NCBI GenBank assembly: GCA_004431415.1
Contig: QPMI01000107.1
Location: forward strand, 1-64,000
From: Cyanophora paradoxa CCMP329
Lineage: Eukaryota; Plantae; Glaucophyta
Direction of reading: 5' to 3'
DNA length: 64,000 nt
The notes below the pieces were generated by a model. The model saw only the letters and a list, made by a program, of their open reading frames with translations, ran no database searches and had not been told where the DNA came from. Of this stretch, positions 50,501 through 61,700 are shown piece after piece. The position numbers were made by a program, and so were the translations under genes. Position 1 is the stretch's first letter. The number at the start of each line of letters is the position of its first letter.

Positions 50501-53500
50501 TTCGTCTTCACGGACATGGACGCCTCAGGGAACGGCGCTGCCCTCCGCGTGCTCAAGGAGCAGAGCGACACCGACGCAGCCCTGTTGGCCACGTACCAGT
50601 GGGAGTACCCCGACGTGGACGTGCGCACCCACAACCAGACCAGCCTGCAGCCCGGCGACACGAGGACGTACTTCGCGCGAATCGTGCAGCAGCTTCCGGA
50701 CGGCCTCGGCGACCTCAGGAGCGACTTCTCCAACCCCGTGACCATGACCACGCTCGTGCCCGGGGCGCCGTTCCTGAGGAACACGTCGATGGACCTCGAC
50801 AGGGTGTCCATCCAGGTCACGCTTGCGCAGGACGGCACCGAGTCGGCAGTCACGGAGGTGCTGTTGCAGCGCGACTTCGGTGTGAAGGAGCTGTCGTGCG
50901 TGAAGGATGAGCCGGCTAGCATCCCGCAGACCTACACGTGCCCGACGGATACGGGGCTCAACGCGAGTCAGACGTACACCTACCGGGCGAAGGCCATCAC
51001 GCTCGGCGAGGATTCGGAGTGGTCCTCGAACCTTGTCGTGACGCTTGGCCGCCCGAACCCGCCGGCGCTCTTCTTCACCGAGCCGGCGATGACGACCCTC
51101 GCGACGCTGACCTCGGTCACCCTGATGATCTCGCCGCCGTACACGCCGCCTGGAGTGATTACCGGCTTCGTCGTCTACCTCGTCACCGATGCCGGGCCCG
51201 TCGAGGTGCACCGGAACAGCTCGGTCTCGTTGACGTTCACGCACGCGGACCGCCTGCCGGGCACCGCGTACAACTACACCGCCAAGGTCCTCACGCTTCT
51301 CTCGGAGTCCGACATGTCGCCCCTCACGCTCGCGTGGACCAAGACGGCCCCCAAGCCCACGTGCACGTACGTCAACTCGACGTCCACGACGGTGAAGCTC
51401 GCGCTCCAGATCCCCGCGGTGGCCACCACCCTCGCGGACAAGCTCCGTCTTTTCCGGAGCGACCTCCTCTTGGACGGCGCTATTTCGAAGGACGGAGCCA
51501 TCGCGCCGAGCTCCTTGGAGAGAATCGTGACCGGCCTCAACGCGAGCTCGTCGTACGTGTTCTCGGTGGACTACACGACCACTGGCGCGCTTTCGTTCCG
51601 CTCGGATCCGTGCGAGGCGGACACGTCCCCGCCGAAGCCGATCATCACCCCTGTGTTGGTGACGCCAATCGGGATTTCCGTCCACATCAGCCTGCAGTCC
51701 GGCGTCGTTGACAACCGAATTACGCACACTCGCCTGATGAGGGATGGCGTGCTCGTGACGACCCTCCAAGGACTTCCTCCGGTCGTTGACGCGAACCGCT
51801 TCTCGGATGCGGGCGTCGCCTACAGGTACACGGCGATCTTTGTGGTTGCGCCGAACGATGTGGTCACCGCGGTCGGCGACGAGTCGGCTCCGGTCGAAAT
51901 CGTGGTCCCGGTTGCCACGCCCGTCGTGCTCAAGGTCAGGGAGCCGACGACGACGGCAATCGAGATCAAGGTGTGGTACTCGGAGCAGGACGTGGCCCTG
52001 GGCTACAACGCCCAGACCATTACCGGCGCGACCATTTACCGGGACAACGTGGTCGTGCGCCAGGCCGACGCAACGAGCGCGCTTCAGGCCTGGACCGACA
52101 CGGCTGTGCGCCCGAGCACATGGTACGCGTACACGGCCAAGTTCAACACGAGCGGCAATCCTTCCAACGTCTCGGCGGAGCTCTCCCTGCGCACTCCGGA
52201 CCTGCCGTTCCCGCCGTCGGGCACTTCAAACGCGGCTGTCTTGTCTCCGTCCTGGACCAAGATCAAGCTCGACGCTGCGGCCGCAATCGCGGCAGGGGCG
52301 CCGAATGTGGCCGGCGTCTACGTGACCGACAGCTCCGGCAACTGGGTGGCGAATCTGACAAGCGGGTCTCCGACGATCGTCCTCAGCTCATACGCCGGTA
52401 ACTCGATCCAGCCGGACGTTGCGTCGTACAGCTTCACATTCGCGTACGTCATGGCGTACGACGACGGCTACGTCTCGACCTCGACTGTGACCTACACCGT
52501 CAGCACGTGGCCTCGGCCGACTTGCTCCGTGACGGCTTCAAGCATCACGCCGGTCAAGATGACTCTGACCGCGAATACCAAGAGCAAGGGCACCGGATGG
52601 GAGCTCTACATCAAATCCGGCGCTTCCTTCACTGGGGTTAGCACCAAGCCCGACAGCACCGGGCTGTTCCCAGAGGAGACGTACGAGTACCATGTCACTG
52701 TAACTGGCGGACCCGATCAGGAGACCACGAGCCCGGCCTCGAACAGCTGCTTCGGGACCACGACGCGGCTCAACGCCCCGGGTATCAACGCGACCGCCGG
52801 AACGGGTTCGTACGAGAACCAGGACGACATCACTGTGACCACGACCTATCCCACGGATACCGGCCTCAAGGCGGTCATCGCCAGCACGCTTGTCTTCCGC
52901 GACAACTGCAACACGACCGTCTGCGCCGAGTCGGCATTCAACACGTCGAGTTACTCGTCGTGCGTGTCGAGCAGGGGCTGCACGACCACTCAGGTCAAGA
53001 ACATCGCGAAGTCGAGCGCGGCGGAAGAGTCCTTCGTCGACACGAACGTCCCGCGGCCGTCCTCGTACAACTACAAGTGCGCGGCTCGCTTTTGCCTTGC
53101 TTCTCAATCGTGCCCTAACCTCTTTCCGCGCAGGGCCTTCTTCGTCTCGACGAACTCGAAGGACTCGTTCATGTCGAGCGCCTCGCGCGTCGACGTGCTG
53201 GCCACTCCGACGCCCTCGCCGTCCCCGAGCCCGAGCCCCACGCCGTCGCCGTCCAAGATTCCTATTCCGGACTACGACGATGACAAGAACGATCAGCCCG
53301 ATGGCAGCGGAGACATCTGCGACATTCTGTACAACATTGTCCGGAGCGTCGTCCAGGTCTGGCTCGGTGTGGATTTATGTGCTGTTTTCAGAGTCACTGA
53401 TGTACACATTCGCAGAGCTCGTGCACAACTGAGATGGCCGCATTGTCCGGGAAGAGCGGCGTCACGTGGCTCACGCCGAACATTCAGATCAATCGTGCGT

Positions 53501-56500
53501 TCATGGGCAAATACTTTTGTCGGCACTCGCACTCATTATATCCCTGCAGTCACGTTTACCACGCCGGCGAAGCTTCAGCAGCAGGGCCTGCAGCGCACCG
53601 GCAACCTGACTTGCAGCATCGGTCCGTGAATTCTGGTTTGATTGATTGCTTTGCCTCTCTGAGCTTGCAAATCTGCAGACCCGAGCTACAACTTCACGGC
53701 CAACGGCATCAATCAGGATGCCCCGCTGTGCCAAGCCGAGTACAAGATAACAGACTGCTCAGGTGCGGGCAGCGCAGGAGGCCAACCCATCTCGGACATC
53801 GGATTCTTCAACACCAGTGCGTTCTTTGCTTGTATGCTCTCTCAGTGGCGAGTCTTCTCATTGCTCGCGCAGGCGGAGCTGAAGTCACGTTCGGGAAGAT
53901 GAACATGACTTGCTCGGGAATGCCGGGCCCGCTGGGCATGGTCTACGATGGCATCGAGCCGCAGCCGATCGTCAGCTTCAACTCGACGCTATCGGACTGG
54001 GGTTCGAAGACGATAGCCGTCACCATCAAGCCTTCGTGGATCCCGTCCTGGAGCAAGATCATGAACACTTACGTTGAACGCTGGCGTTGCTCCGACCCGT
54101 CCAAGACGACAGAATACACATTCTTCTCCTTCGAAGGAAATCAAACGAGCTTAATAGATACCGTTCCTGATAATGTTGGTGTATACTACTGCTACCAGTG
54201 CGTTCCCACATCGTCCTCTCCACATGTTTTCGACTGATGATCCTCGCGCAGGTCCTGGTACTTCGTCAACATCACGGATCGCTTCACCGGTTACGACTGG
54301 CTCGACATCGGCGCCCTGAACTCGAGCTTCTTCTACCGCAACGCGAGCAAGTCGGCGGAAAACCGCTACAGGCTCGCTCCGTACACGTGCTCTATGAAGC
54401 TCGAGAGCGTGTGGATGAACACGACGTACCGCCGCTTGAAGTTCGCGCTGTCGTACGAGCCCGCTACCTCGTTGAGGAACATCAAGGGCATCATCATCAA
54501 GCGGATGCGTTGCCCCTTTGATTCAGCGAAGGACGGCATACTCCCCAAGGTCACCCCGTGTACCGAGGGAGAAGCTAGCATTGAAGGATGCGGCGTCGGG
54601 CGCTGCTTCTCACCGATCCGGAAGACGTGCTTCAATAACGCCACGCGGTCTTGCGGGAGCTGGACCTCGCCAAGTCAGTCAGCAGCCGACTTCACACTGT
54701 ACAGAGGTGGCAAGGTTGATGGTCTGCGCACCGATCCACTCCCGTCCGTCTACGAAGTTGAAGGATATGACGACGAACTTCCATCCCTAGACGTCATTCA
54801 CTGGCGGTGCATTCTTGTGGCATTCGTCTGTGTTATCTGGTCACTGATGTTTGTCCACAGCTCTGCCTGCCTGCTGTACACGGACCGGACCGATACCGCG
54901 AGTAGCTTGACCGACGAGCCACAGGACGCTCGTTACGACGCCGATGACACGGGCTGTCGCCTGGGAGGCACGGACGATCCTTACGGGCCTTGCGGGCCTG
55001 ACCCCCGGACGACCACTGTCACGCCGCTTCGGACGTACAGCCTTATTCGCAAGCTCACGAACATCAAGCGCCACGAGTTACGAGTCCTGCTTCCCAACAG
55101 CTACAAGAGTCTCGGCAGGGACGGGGCTATCCTGGGCGTGCAGGTGTACCGCACGGACTGCAAGACTTATAATTGTAGATTCGTGTCAGATGGCCGGGTC
55201 GGTTTCTCTTGTGACAACAATAACCTCAACTGCGGTGCTTATTACCGAACAATGGACGAGTGTCTAAAAAAGGACACAGATTGTGGTGTTGAAACATACG
55301 ACACACTTGTCAAACTCGCCAACATTGCATCACGCCATCCGCACGAATGGGGTCAGTTCAAGCGTATTCCGAACTCATATGGGCTCTATGAACCAGACTA
55401 CAATGTATACAATTCGACCTACCAACCAGAGCCGTACACCATGGATATGTTCGATCCTGCCATCATCACGCCTCCGAACTGGATGTTGCTTCGAGCCGGT
55501 ACGTCAGGTCAAGATCCATGGAATTTGGGGAATGCTCTTGGTACATCGTATACGTTTTACTACCGGTGCATTTCCTCCCTCTGCTCAGCCGTCACATATC
55601 CTGATTAGAATTGTTGCGCAGCACCCACTTCGTCTTCAAGGATGGCGAAGGGCGTAGATTTGACGGCTCCAGCGATTGGGTGAGCTGTGACCTCACCGGT
55701 TCTGGAAACGAGTTCAAGCAGTGCCCTGGTTTCGATAATCGCTTCTTCGGCGTTGCTGGCACAAATGTCCCATGTCGGGTGGATATGCCTGCTACAGGGG
55801 ACATTGTAACCACGAGCACCACGATAACGGCCAAATACAAAGTCACGAATTACGGGTCGTTCCCGGTCCCGTACGTGTCCTACGTCCAGTGCAACTTCTC
55901 TGGCACCCCGTACGAGCTCTACAGGACAGCCCCGTACAGCCACGTGGTAAATAACAAAGTGTTTCCTTGGGCCACGGATGTAACGATAGATCCAAGGCGA
56001 AACAACAGCTTCTTTGACGCACTCACGGCCAACGTCGGCAATTATACCATCTACACGAGAGCGCCATTTTCCGATACAGCGACCTGGCACTCCATGCGCC
56101 TTGACACGCTCTTCACGTCTCCAAATTATTCCAGTGTTGTGCATGGCAATAGGATTGCGGGTCTCTGGGATGTTGGTGCGATTACAGATAAGACTTCTAT
56201 GTGGAAAATGGCCAGTACTGATGCGCACGCAGGTGGCAACAGCGGAGGAGCCCTCCTTGCAGATGACGGAGGTACCGGATTCTTCAAGATCAGGGTCCAA
56301 TGTCCTAACCCATCATCATCGTCTCCTTGCGATGCAAGATCCCTGCCCACATGCTACTGCTTGAACGGTGAGGTTGTTGCTGCATGTTCCTGGGTAGCAT
56401 CTCACTTTTCGACAGGATGGCCGAAAATGGGCGGCTTGAAGAGCGCAGGGGCCACGCCGATATCCGCATCGGCCACGAAGCGCCGCGCGATTCTCGGGTC

Positions 56501-58243
56501 CGAGGCGGACGTAGAGTACCGCGCTCATCGCCAGTTGTCGTCGCGCCGTCTCAGGGCAATCAAGCCGTCGCTCCCGGCTGCCGTCGAGCCTCAAGGAGCG
56601 CTGTCAACGGCCCAGCTGCCGTCCGCAGTCCAGCCGCAGCTGAGCCTGCCCCGTCGGCGCATGTTGAGTGCCAGCAGCGTCTCCGTGAAGCGCGTGCTGT
56701 GGCCGGGCGCGCAGCTGCCGACGGCGGTGATGGTGAACGGCGGCACGATCGTGTACACGTCGTCGAGCAGCGACGGGCAGTTCATGCTCCGCTCGATCAC
56801 GTACCAGATCACCGGCATCGACCGCACGGAGGTCGCCGAGAAGCAGCCGGTCCCCCTCGTCTGCTGGTCCGTTTCTGTGCTCGATTAGTGGTCCTTGAAT
56901 GCAGTTGTTGACCGTGATGTTGCAGGCAACAAGACAAGAACGTCGTGATCGACCCCGAGAGCCTGGCCACGAGCTACCAGCTCTCCGACGGGTACTCGAC
57001 GTCGAGCTCGTTCTTCCGCCTCGAATCTGTGAGCCGCCTTCAGTCGCTTCTACTCGTGCAGTTTTTCGGGTACTGATTTGGCGATCGCAGACGGGCCGCC
57101 GCATGCACGCGGGCAACGCGTACACGCGCGGCATGACGCTCACGATCAAGTGCCCGGCCGGCTCGAAGTGCCCGTCCCCTGTCTGCACGGCGCCGACCAG
57201 TGCGTCTTCCGCTGCAGTCGCTCCGCGCCGTGTGCCCAACTGACCCCCTCGCAGTCTCCGTGTGCGCGCGCTACGACAGCAGCGCCAAGGGCTTCTCGTC
57301 GGCCGGTTGCTCGTCGACGTACGAGTGCACGGGTCCCTCGTGCCAGACCATCCCCGGCTCGGACGGCCCCGTCGGCATCATCGACGAGGCGTACGTCTCG
57401 GGCCGCCAGTCGTTCGCGACCGGCACCATGAACTGGAACGACCTGGGCTGGAGCGTCACCTCCTGCACATGCGACTCGATAGACGTGCGCCCTGTTGCCC
57501 GCTCTTCTTCCGTTCGGGGCTGACAGTGCATGCGCCGCGCAGGTCGTCACGCTCATCCAGAGCGTGCCGCCCGCGATCCCGAAGGCGGCCCTCCCGGCGC
57601 CCAACCCCGTCCCCGCGGTTCCGCCGGCTACTGGCGGCGCGGACACCGCTCGCTCGAGCTCGTCCTCGAACATCGGCGTGATCGTCGGCGGTGTCATCGG
57701 CGGTGTCGCCCTCGTCGCCATCGCCGTCGTGGCGGTCTACGCCGCCCGCATTCACTATTCCCGCAAATGTGCGCGGGCGCCCTCTCTGTGCTCGTTGCAC
57801 CGCTTCCTTGTACTCACGCTCCTCCCGCAGCGGCGATCAAGTCGGTCACGAACCGCGGCGACCAGGTGTACGCGATCGGGTCGGACCGCGCCTCGCACGA
57901 GCTCGTCCACGTCTCGGAGGGCATGCCTGTCTCGCACCCGACTTCCGTGCGGGTCTCCAACGAGATCCGCCTCGCCACGCCGGCCCTCAGCGCCCAGCCG
58001 TCCTTCGCCGCCCCGGCGACGCCCGCGCCGGCGGTCGTCGCGACGGCGGAGGCCGTGAGCGAGGGCGACGTGATGCTCGCCATGCCCGCCGACGCCGAGG
58101 CCGACCAGGTGGGCACTGCCACGCAAGCTTGCCCGGTTTGCCGTCTAATCTCCCTGCGGCAGCTCTCCAACGTGTCGGAGCGCTCAGAGCGCTCGTCGGT
58201 GGCGCCAGCCGGCGTCGAGCAGGTCCCCATCATCACGCTCTAA
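17516..58243 (+). CDS. Giant multi-exon type I membrane protein: signal peptide, GH16-like, REJ, ~90 FN3-like repeats, GPS-like motif, TM, cytoplasmic tail
   Basis: ATG 17516 then ACVLLVLFAVVSA|Q signal; coding text continues across the short introns checked (e.g. 26331-26388, 53077-53133, 53357-53415, 57485-57542, 57768-57830); not every junction was verified; TM at 57672-57746; stop TAA at 58243. Confidence 0.8.
18512..19935 (+). other. GH16-like (beta-glucanase fold) domain of the giant protein
   Basis: Spliced text DPGANFWSNRDEDVWVDDQGKLHLTL..WYSTEVVLQDIMGYGTYIWYL..VLGIFFW..HREIAFEFSQFG..IPTPGRQRVRMNMW resembles bacterial GH16 proteins. Confidence 0.75.
20600..23020 (+). other. REJ (polycystin-1 / sperm receptor for egg jelly) domain
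   Basis: LMLDASTTGGTCGRRVIYKW; IPKELFDPGQTYTFSLTVTN; LIIPVKALTPGTLYGF; TPP..GGLIVTPTNGTAM..TLFRLTALDW..FYY. Confidence 0.75.
26389..53076 (+). other. Single 26,688-nt exon encoding the FN3 stalk
   Basis: Open frame flanked by the acceptor at 26388 and the donor GTGCGC at 53077; recurrent L.PGT.Y.Y...S.....T.P.PP FN3 pattern. Confidence 0.85.
29981..48318 (+). repeat. Intragenic 2778-bp (926-aa, nine-FN3) near-identical repeats plus a ~1.09-kb duplicate
   Basis: Unit starts at 29981, 32759, 35537 (partial), 43754 and 46532 (partial), with a partial copy at 41580-43753; second family 37108-38196 vs 39811-40902. Confidence 0.95.
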
Positions 58244-58714
58244 GCGTGACCCAACCGTTTTCTGTCGACTCGATTCAACTTATAGATATCTAGTCGCCTA
58301 GTGCTCTTCTTTTCTTTCCGAAAATCGCCAGCGCATGCCACCGTATTCAGTAGTTTGCGCCTAGTATTTGCATCTATATCGCCCGCCCGCCTGCGCTTAG
58401 ACATGCGCTAGCTATAAGATCAGTATCGCCTCGCCTGCGCACCGCTCTATGCAGTTGTCTTGCTTATTGTGATGTAGCCGCTAGTCTGATTATAAATTTT
58501 GTTCTAGGTGCACGCGTCTGTGTCAATTCAAGTATTACCAAATGAAACTCGTCTCCTCATGGCACGCATCCCAGGATTAGTCGATATTTTTGCGGGGCAA
58601 AGCGGAATCCTAGAACGCTGAAAAAGTTCTACTGAGGCGACAAGCAACAGGATACACTGGCGGGCAGCTGCAGCTAACCGCGGCCTAAGAAGAAAGCGAG
58701 GGAGAACACTAGAT

Positions 58715-61700
58715 CTAGAGCTTGGTGGCGCAATAGACGATGAGGCGAACGGTGATGGAGATGAAGGCGGCGGCGCCGGCGGTGACGGCCCACACGATGT
58801 AGTACGGGTCCTGCTTCTTGCGGTTGGAGGGCCCGAGGGGCAGGAGGTACCAGGCCGAGTCGTTGGCGGAGCTGTAGGTGGTGAAGCGGACGTCGTAGAG
58901 GTCGATGACGTCCGAGGCGAGCTCGGAGACGTACGTGAAGGCGAAGAAGACGGGCTCCTCGCACGCCACCGACGTCGGCGTCGTCGTGAAGGTCTGGTTG
59001 CCGCGCCCAACGTCCACCCAGATCTCCGCGTACGCGTTCTCGTACACCTTGAAGGGCTTGATGGGCGGGATGGGCGGGCACTGCACGGAGAAGCGGAAGC
59101 GCTGGAAGGGGACGCCGGCCTGCTGCGCCCACGAGAGGACGTCGCGCCAGATGTAGTCGGTGGGCGACCCGACGGGCTCCGAGCAGGCATCGTAGTTGAA
59201 CGTCACGGCGGCGGCGGAGGTGCCGAAGACGTTGGTGACCATGGCGGGGACGACTGTGTCGGCGAAGACGGCGAGGACCTGCGGGCGGACGCCGTTCTCG
59301 ACGGCGTTCGGGCGCGTGTAGAGGGGGATGTCGGCGCGGTAGGCCTTCGGGTTGTTGTTGATCGTGTGCAGGAGGCTGTACGACTGCTTGTTCTCGAGGG
59401 TGCGGAGGATGCGCGAGCCGATGCCGTCGTAGTCGGGCACCACCGTCCGCGACGGCGCCCGCCCGTTGTTCTCCACGTAGCTGTTCTCCTCGAAGCCCAG
59501 GATCGCCGCCAGGCGGTCGTTCCTGCGGCGCAGCCGCGTGAGGAGGCGCCGGCCGGGACGCCGCGGCGCGCCCTGCCCTCGCGCACCGGGTGCCGTCGGG
59601 CAGCATGCAGCCGAGGCACGACGACGTGGAGATGATGCGGGCGTTGAAGGTGGTCGTGGCGAACTGGTAGAGGTTGTTCGCCTCCGCCTCGTTCATGATG
59701 TAGACGTTCGGGAAGATGAGGATCTTGAAGAACGTCGCCAGCGCGGAGGCGTCCAGGTTGTACCGCACGCCCACTGCGCCCGGGTCAGACGCGGGAGCGC
59801 CGAGGGGCGCAGAGACGAGACTGGCGGACGGTCAGTGGCCCAGTTGTCGTCGAGGATGTAGTAGACCCTCTTGCCCTGAGAGATGAGCTCGTACTCGGCC
59901 TTGAAGCTGAAGTCGGAGAGGCGCTCGTAGCCTGCGGCGTCCATGTGCTCCGCCAGGTTGTACACCTGCCGCGGCGTCAGCAGGGCGGCGGGGGGCGGAG
60001 AGAAGTCGGGCGGGGCGGACGGCGAAGGCGTGGCCGGAGTAGATGGCGGCGGTCTTGGTGGAGTTGTAGACGAGGACGCGGTAGGGGTTGGCGTCGCGCC
60101 GCATCTGGTCGGGCAGCATCCAGTTCCAGCCCATCGTGATCACCTCCTTGGCGTTGTCCGAGACCTGCTTCAGCTTGCGCCGCTGCGCCGGCTGGTAGCC
60201 GATCGGGTTCGGGTTGACGGCCCCCGGGAGGTTCGCGAGCGCCCGCCCCACCGCCGGCCGCTGCGCCACTTCGTCCGTCTTGCCGTAGCGCTGCGCGGCG
60301 GGGCGGTGAGCGGCGGGGATCTTCGAGAGGGCCGGGGCCGGGGCCGGCGGGTCGGGGCGCGCGCACGGGGTAGGAGAGGGGCCAGACGCCCCAGTCGACG
60401 GAGATGGCGCGGCCCTTGGAGGTGGCGCGCGTGACGTTGTCGGAGCGGCGGATGATGCGGGAACGGACAAAGAAGGTGCCCCCCAGGTACGTCGAGTTCA
60501 CCCCGTACGGGCCCGCCAGGTCTGCGGCGGCCGCCGGCCATCAGCGCGGCGGGAGCTGGAGGGGAAAGGCCGCGGCGGCGGGCGCACTGGGGTCGGGGAT
60601 CTGGATGGGGAGGGTGACGGCGCCGAGGGCCCCCGAGATGGAGACCTGCTCCGTGGAGGCCCAGATGACCGTCGGGTTCAGCACCTGCGCGCCAGCCTCA
60701 GGGAGGGGCGGGCGGGGCCGGGGGCCGGGCCGGCGCGCCGATCCGTAGACGATCTCGCCGACGAGGTTGTAGGTCTCGGGCGTGCCGGCGAAGCTGGTCG
60801 GCAGGGCGTAGTCGAGGGTCATCTGGTAGGAGAAGGCCTGCCCGTTGGGCATGACCGCCGTCGGGTACTGCAGCCGCCCGTCGTCCAGCGGCTGGGACCG
60901 CACTTGGATTGTCGGCGACACGATCGCTGCGCCGGCGTCAGGGTCCCGGTGCGAGGGGCGGGGGGCGGGGGGCGGGGGGCGGGGCGCACAGGAGGCGCGG
61001 GAGCGGAGGACGAGGGTGGTGAGGGGGTCGACCTGGACGGTGAAGAACTTGGAGCCGCCGCCCGTGTCCTGCGTCAAGAAGACGCGCTGCAGCGAGACGA
61101 CGTTGATGAGGTGGTCGGCCGCCGCCAGCACGTCCATCGAGATCGTCAGCTGCCCGCCCCGCGTCAGGCGCACCCGCGAGCCGAGAGGGGAGACGGAAGC
61201 GTGTGCTCGGACGCACCCGCTGGACCTGCGAGCTGAGGTACACGTCTTGCCAGAACATGACCTGCGGCGTGGCATTCAGCGGACGGGACGGGTGCGGGCG
61301 GCGCTAGCGTGACGAAGGACGCACGAAGATAAGGTAGTCGCCATTAACGAGCCTGCGGTAGTCGACCGACACATACTCGCGCGCCGAGCCCGTCACGCGG
61401 ATCTGGCGGTCGGACCGTGGGCCATCGGCCATCGGAGGGCGGCGCGGGCGGGCGGGGCGCACCCCGGGGGAGAGGTTGAAGCCGGCGCTGCTCCGGAAGA
61501 CGACGTTGTACCAGTCGAAGTGGGCGCGCAGCGACTCGAGGCCGCCCGTCGCGATGCCGCCGAACCCGAAGGGGGCGATGGCCGCCTGCGGTCCCAGGGG
61601 CGTGGGCGGGCGAGGCGGGCGGGGCGCGGAGCGGGCGGGGGTGGGCGGACCTTGAAGGTGGTGCCCGGGTAGTTCTTGACGACGACGGCGGGGATGGAGT

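Noticed and set aside
30253-52401. Long antisense and alternate-frame ORFs (e.g. 30479-32704, 33404-35482, 48914-50404)
   Set aside because: Arg-rich shadow frames caused by high GC3 codon bias, repeated only because the sense repeats are
26348-53629. The 9093-aa ORF as a complete, bacterial-style giant adhesin
   Set aside because: Its start lies in an intron (26331-26388) and its end reads through introns; it is the central part of a larger spliced gene
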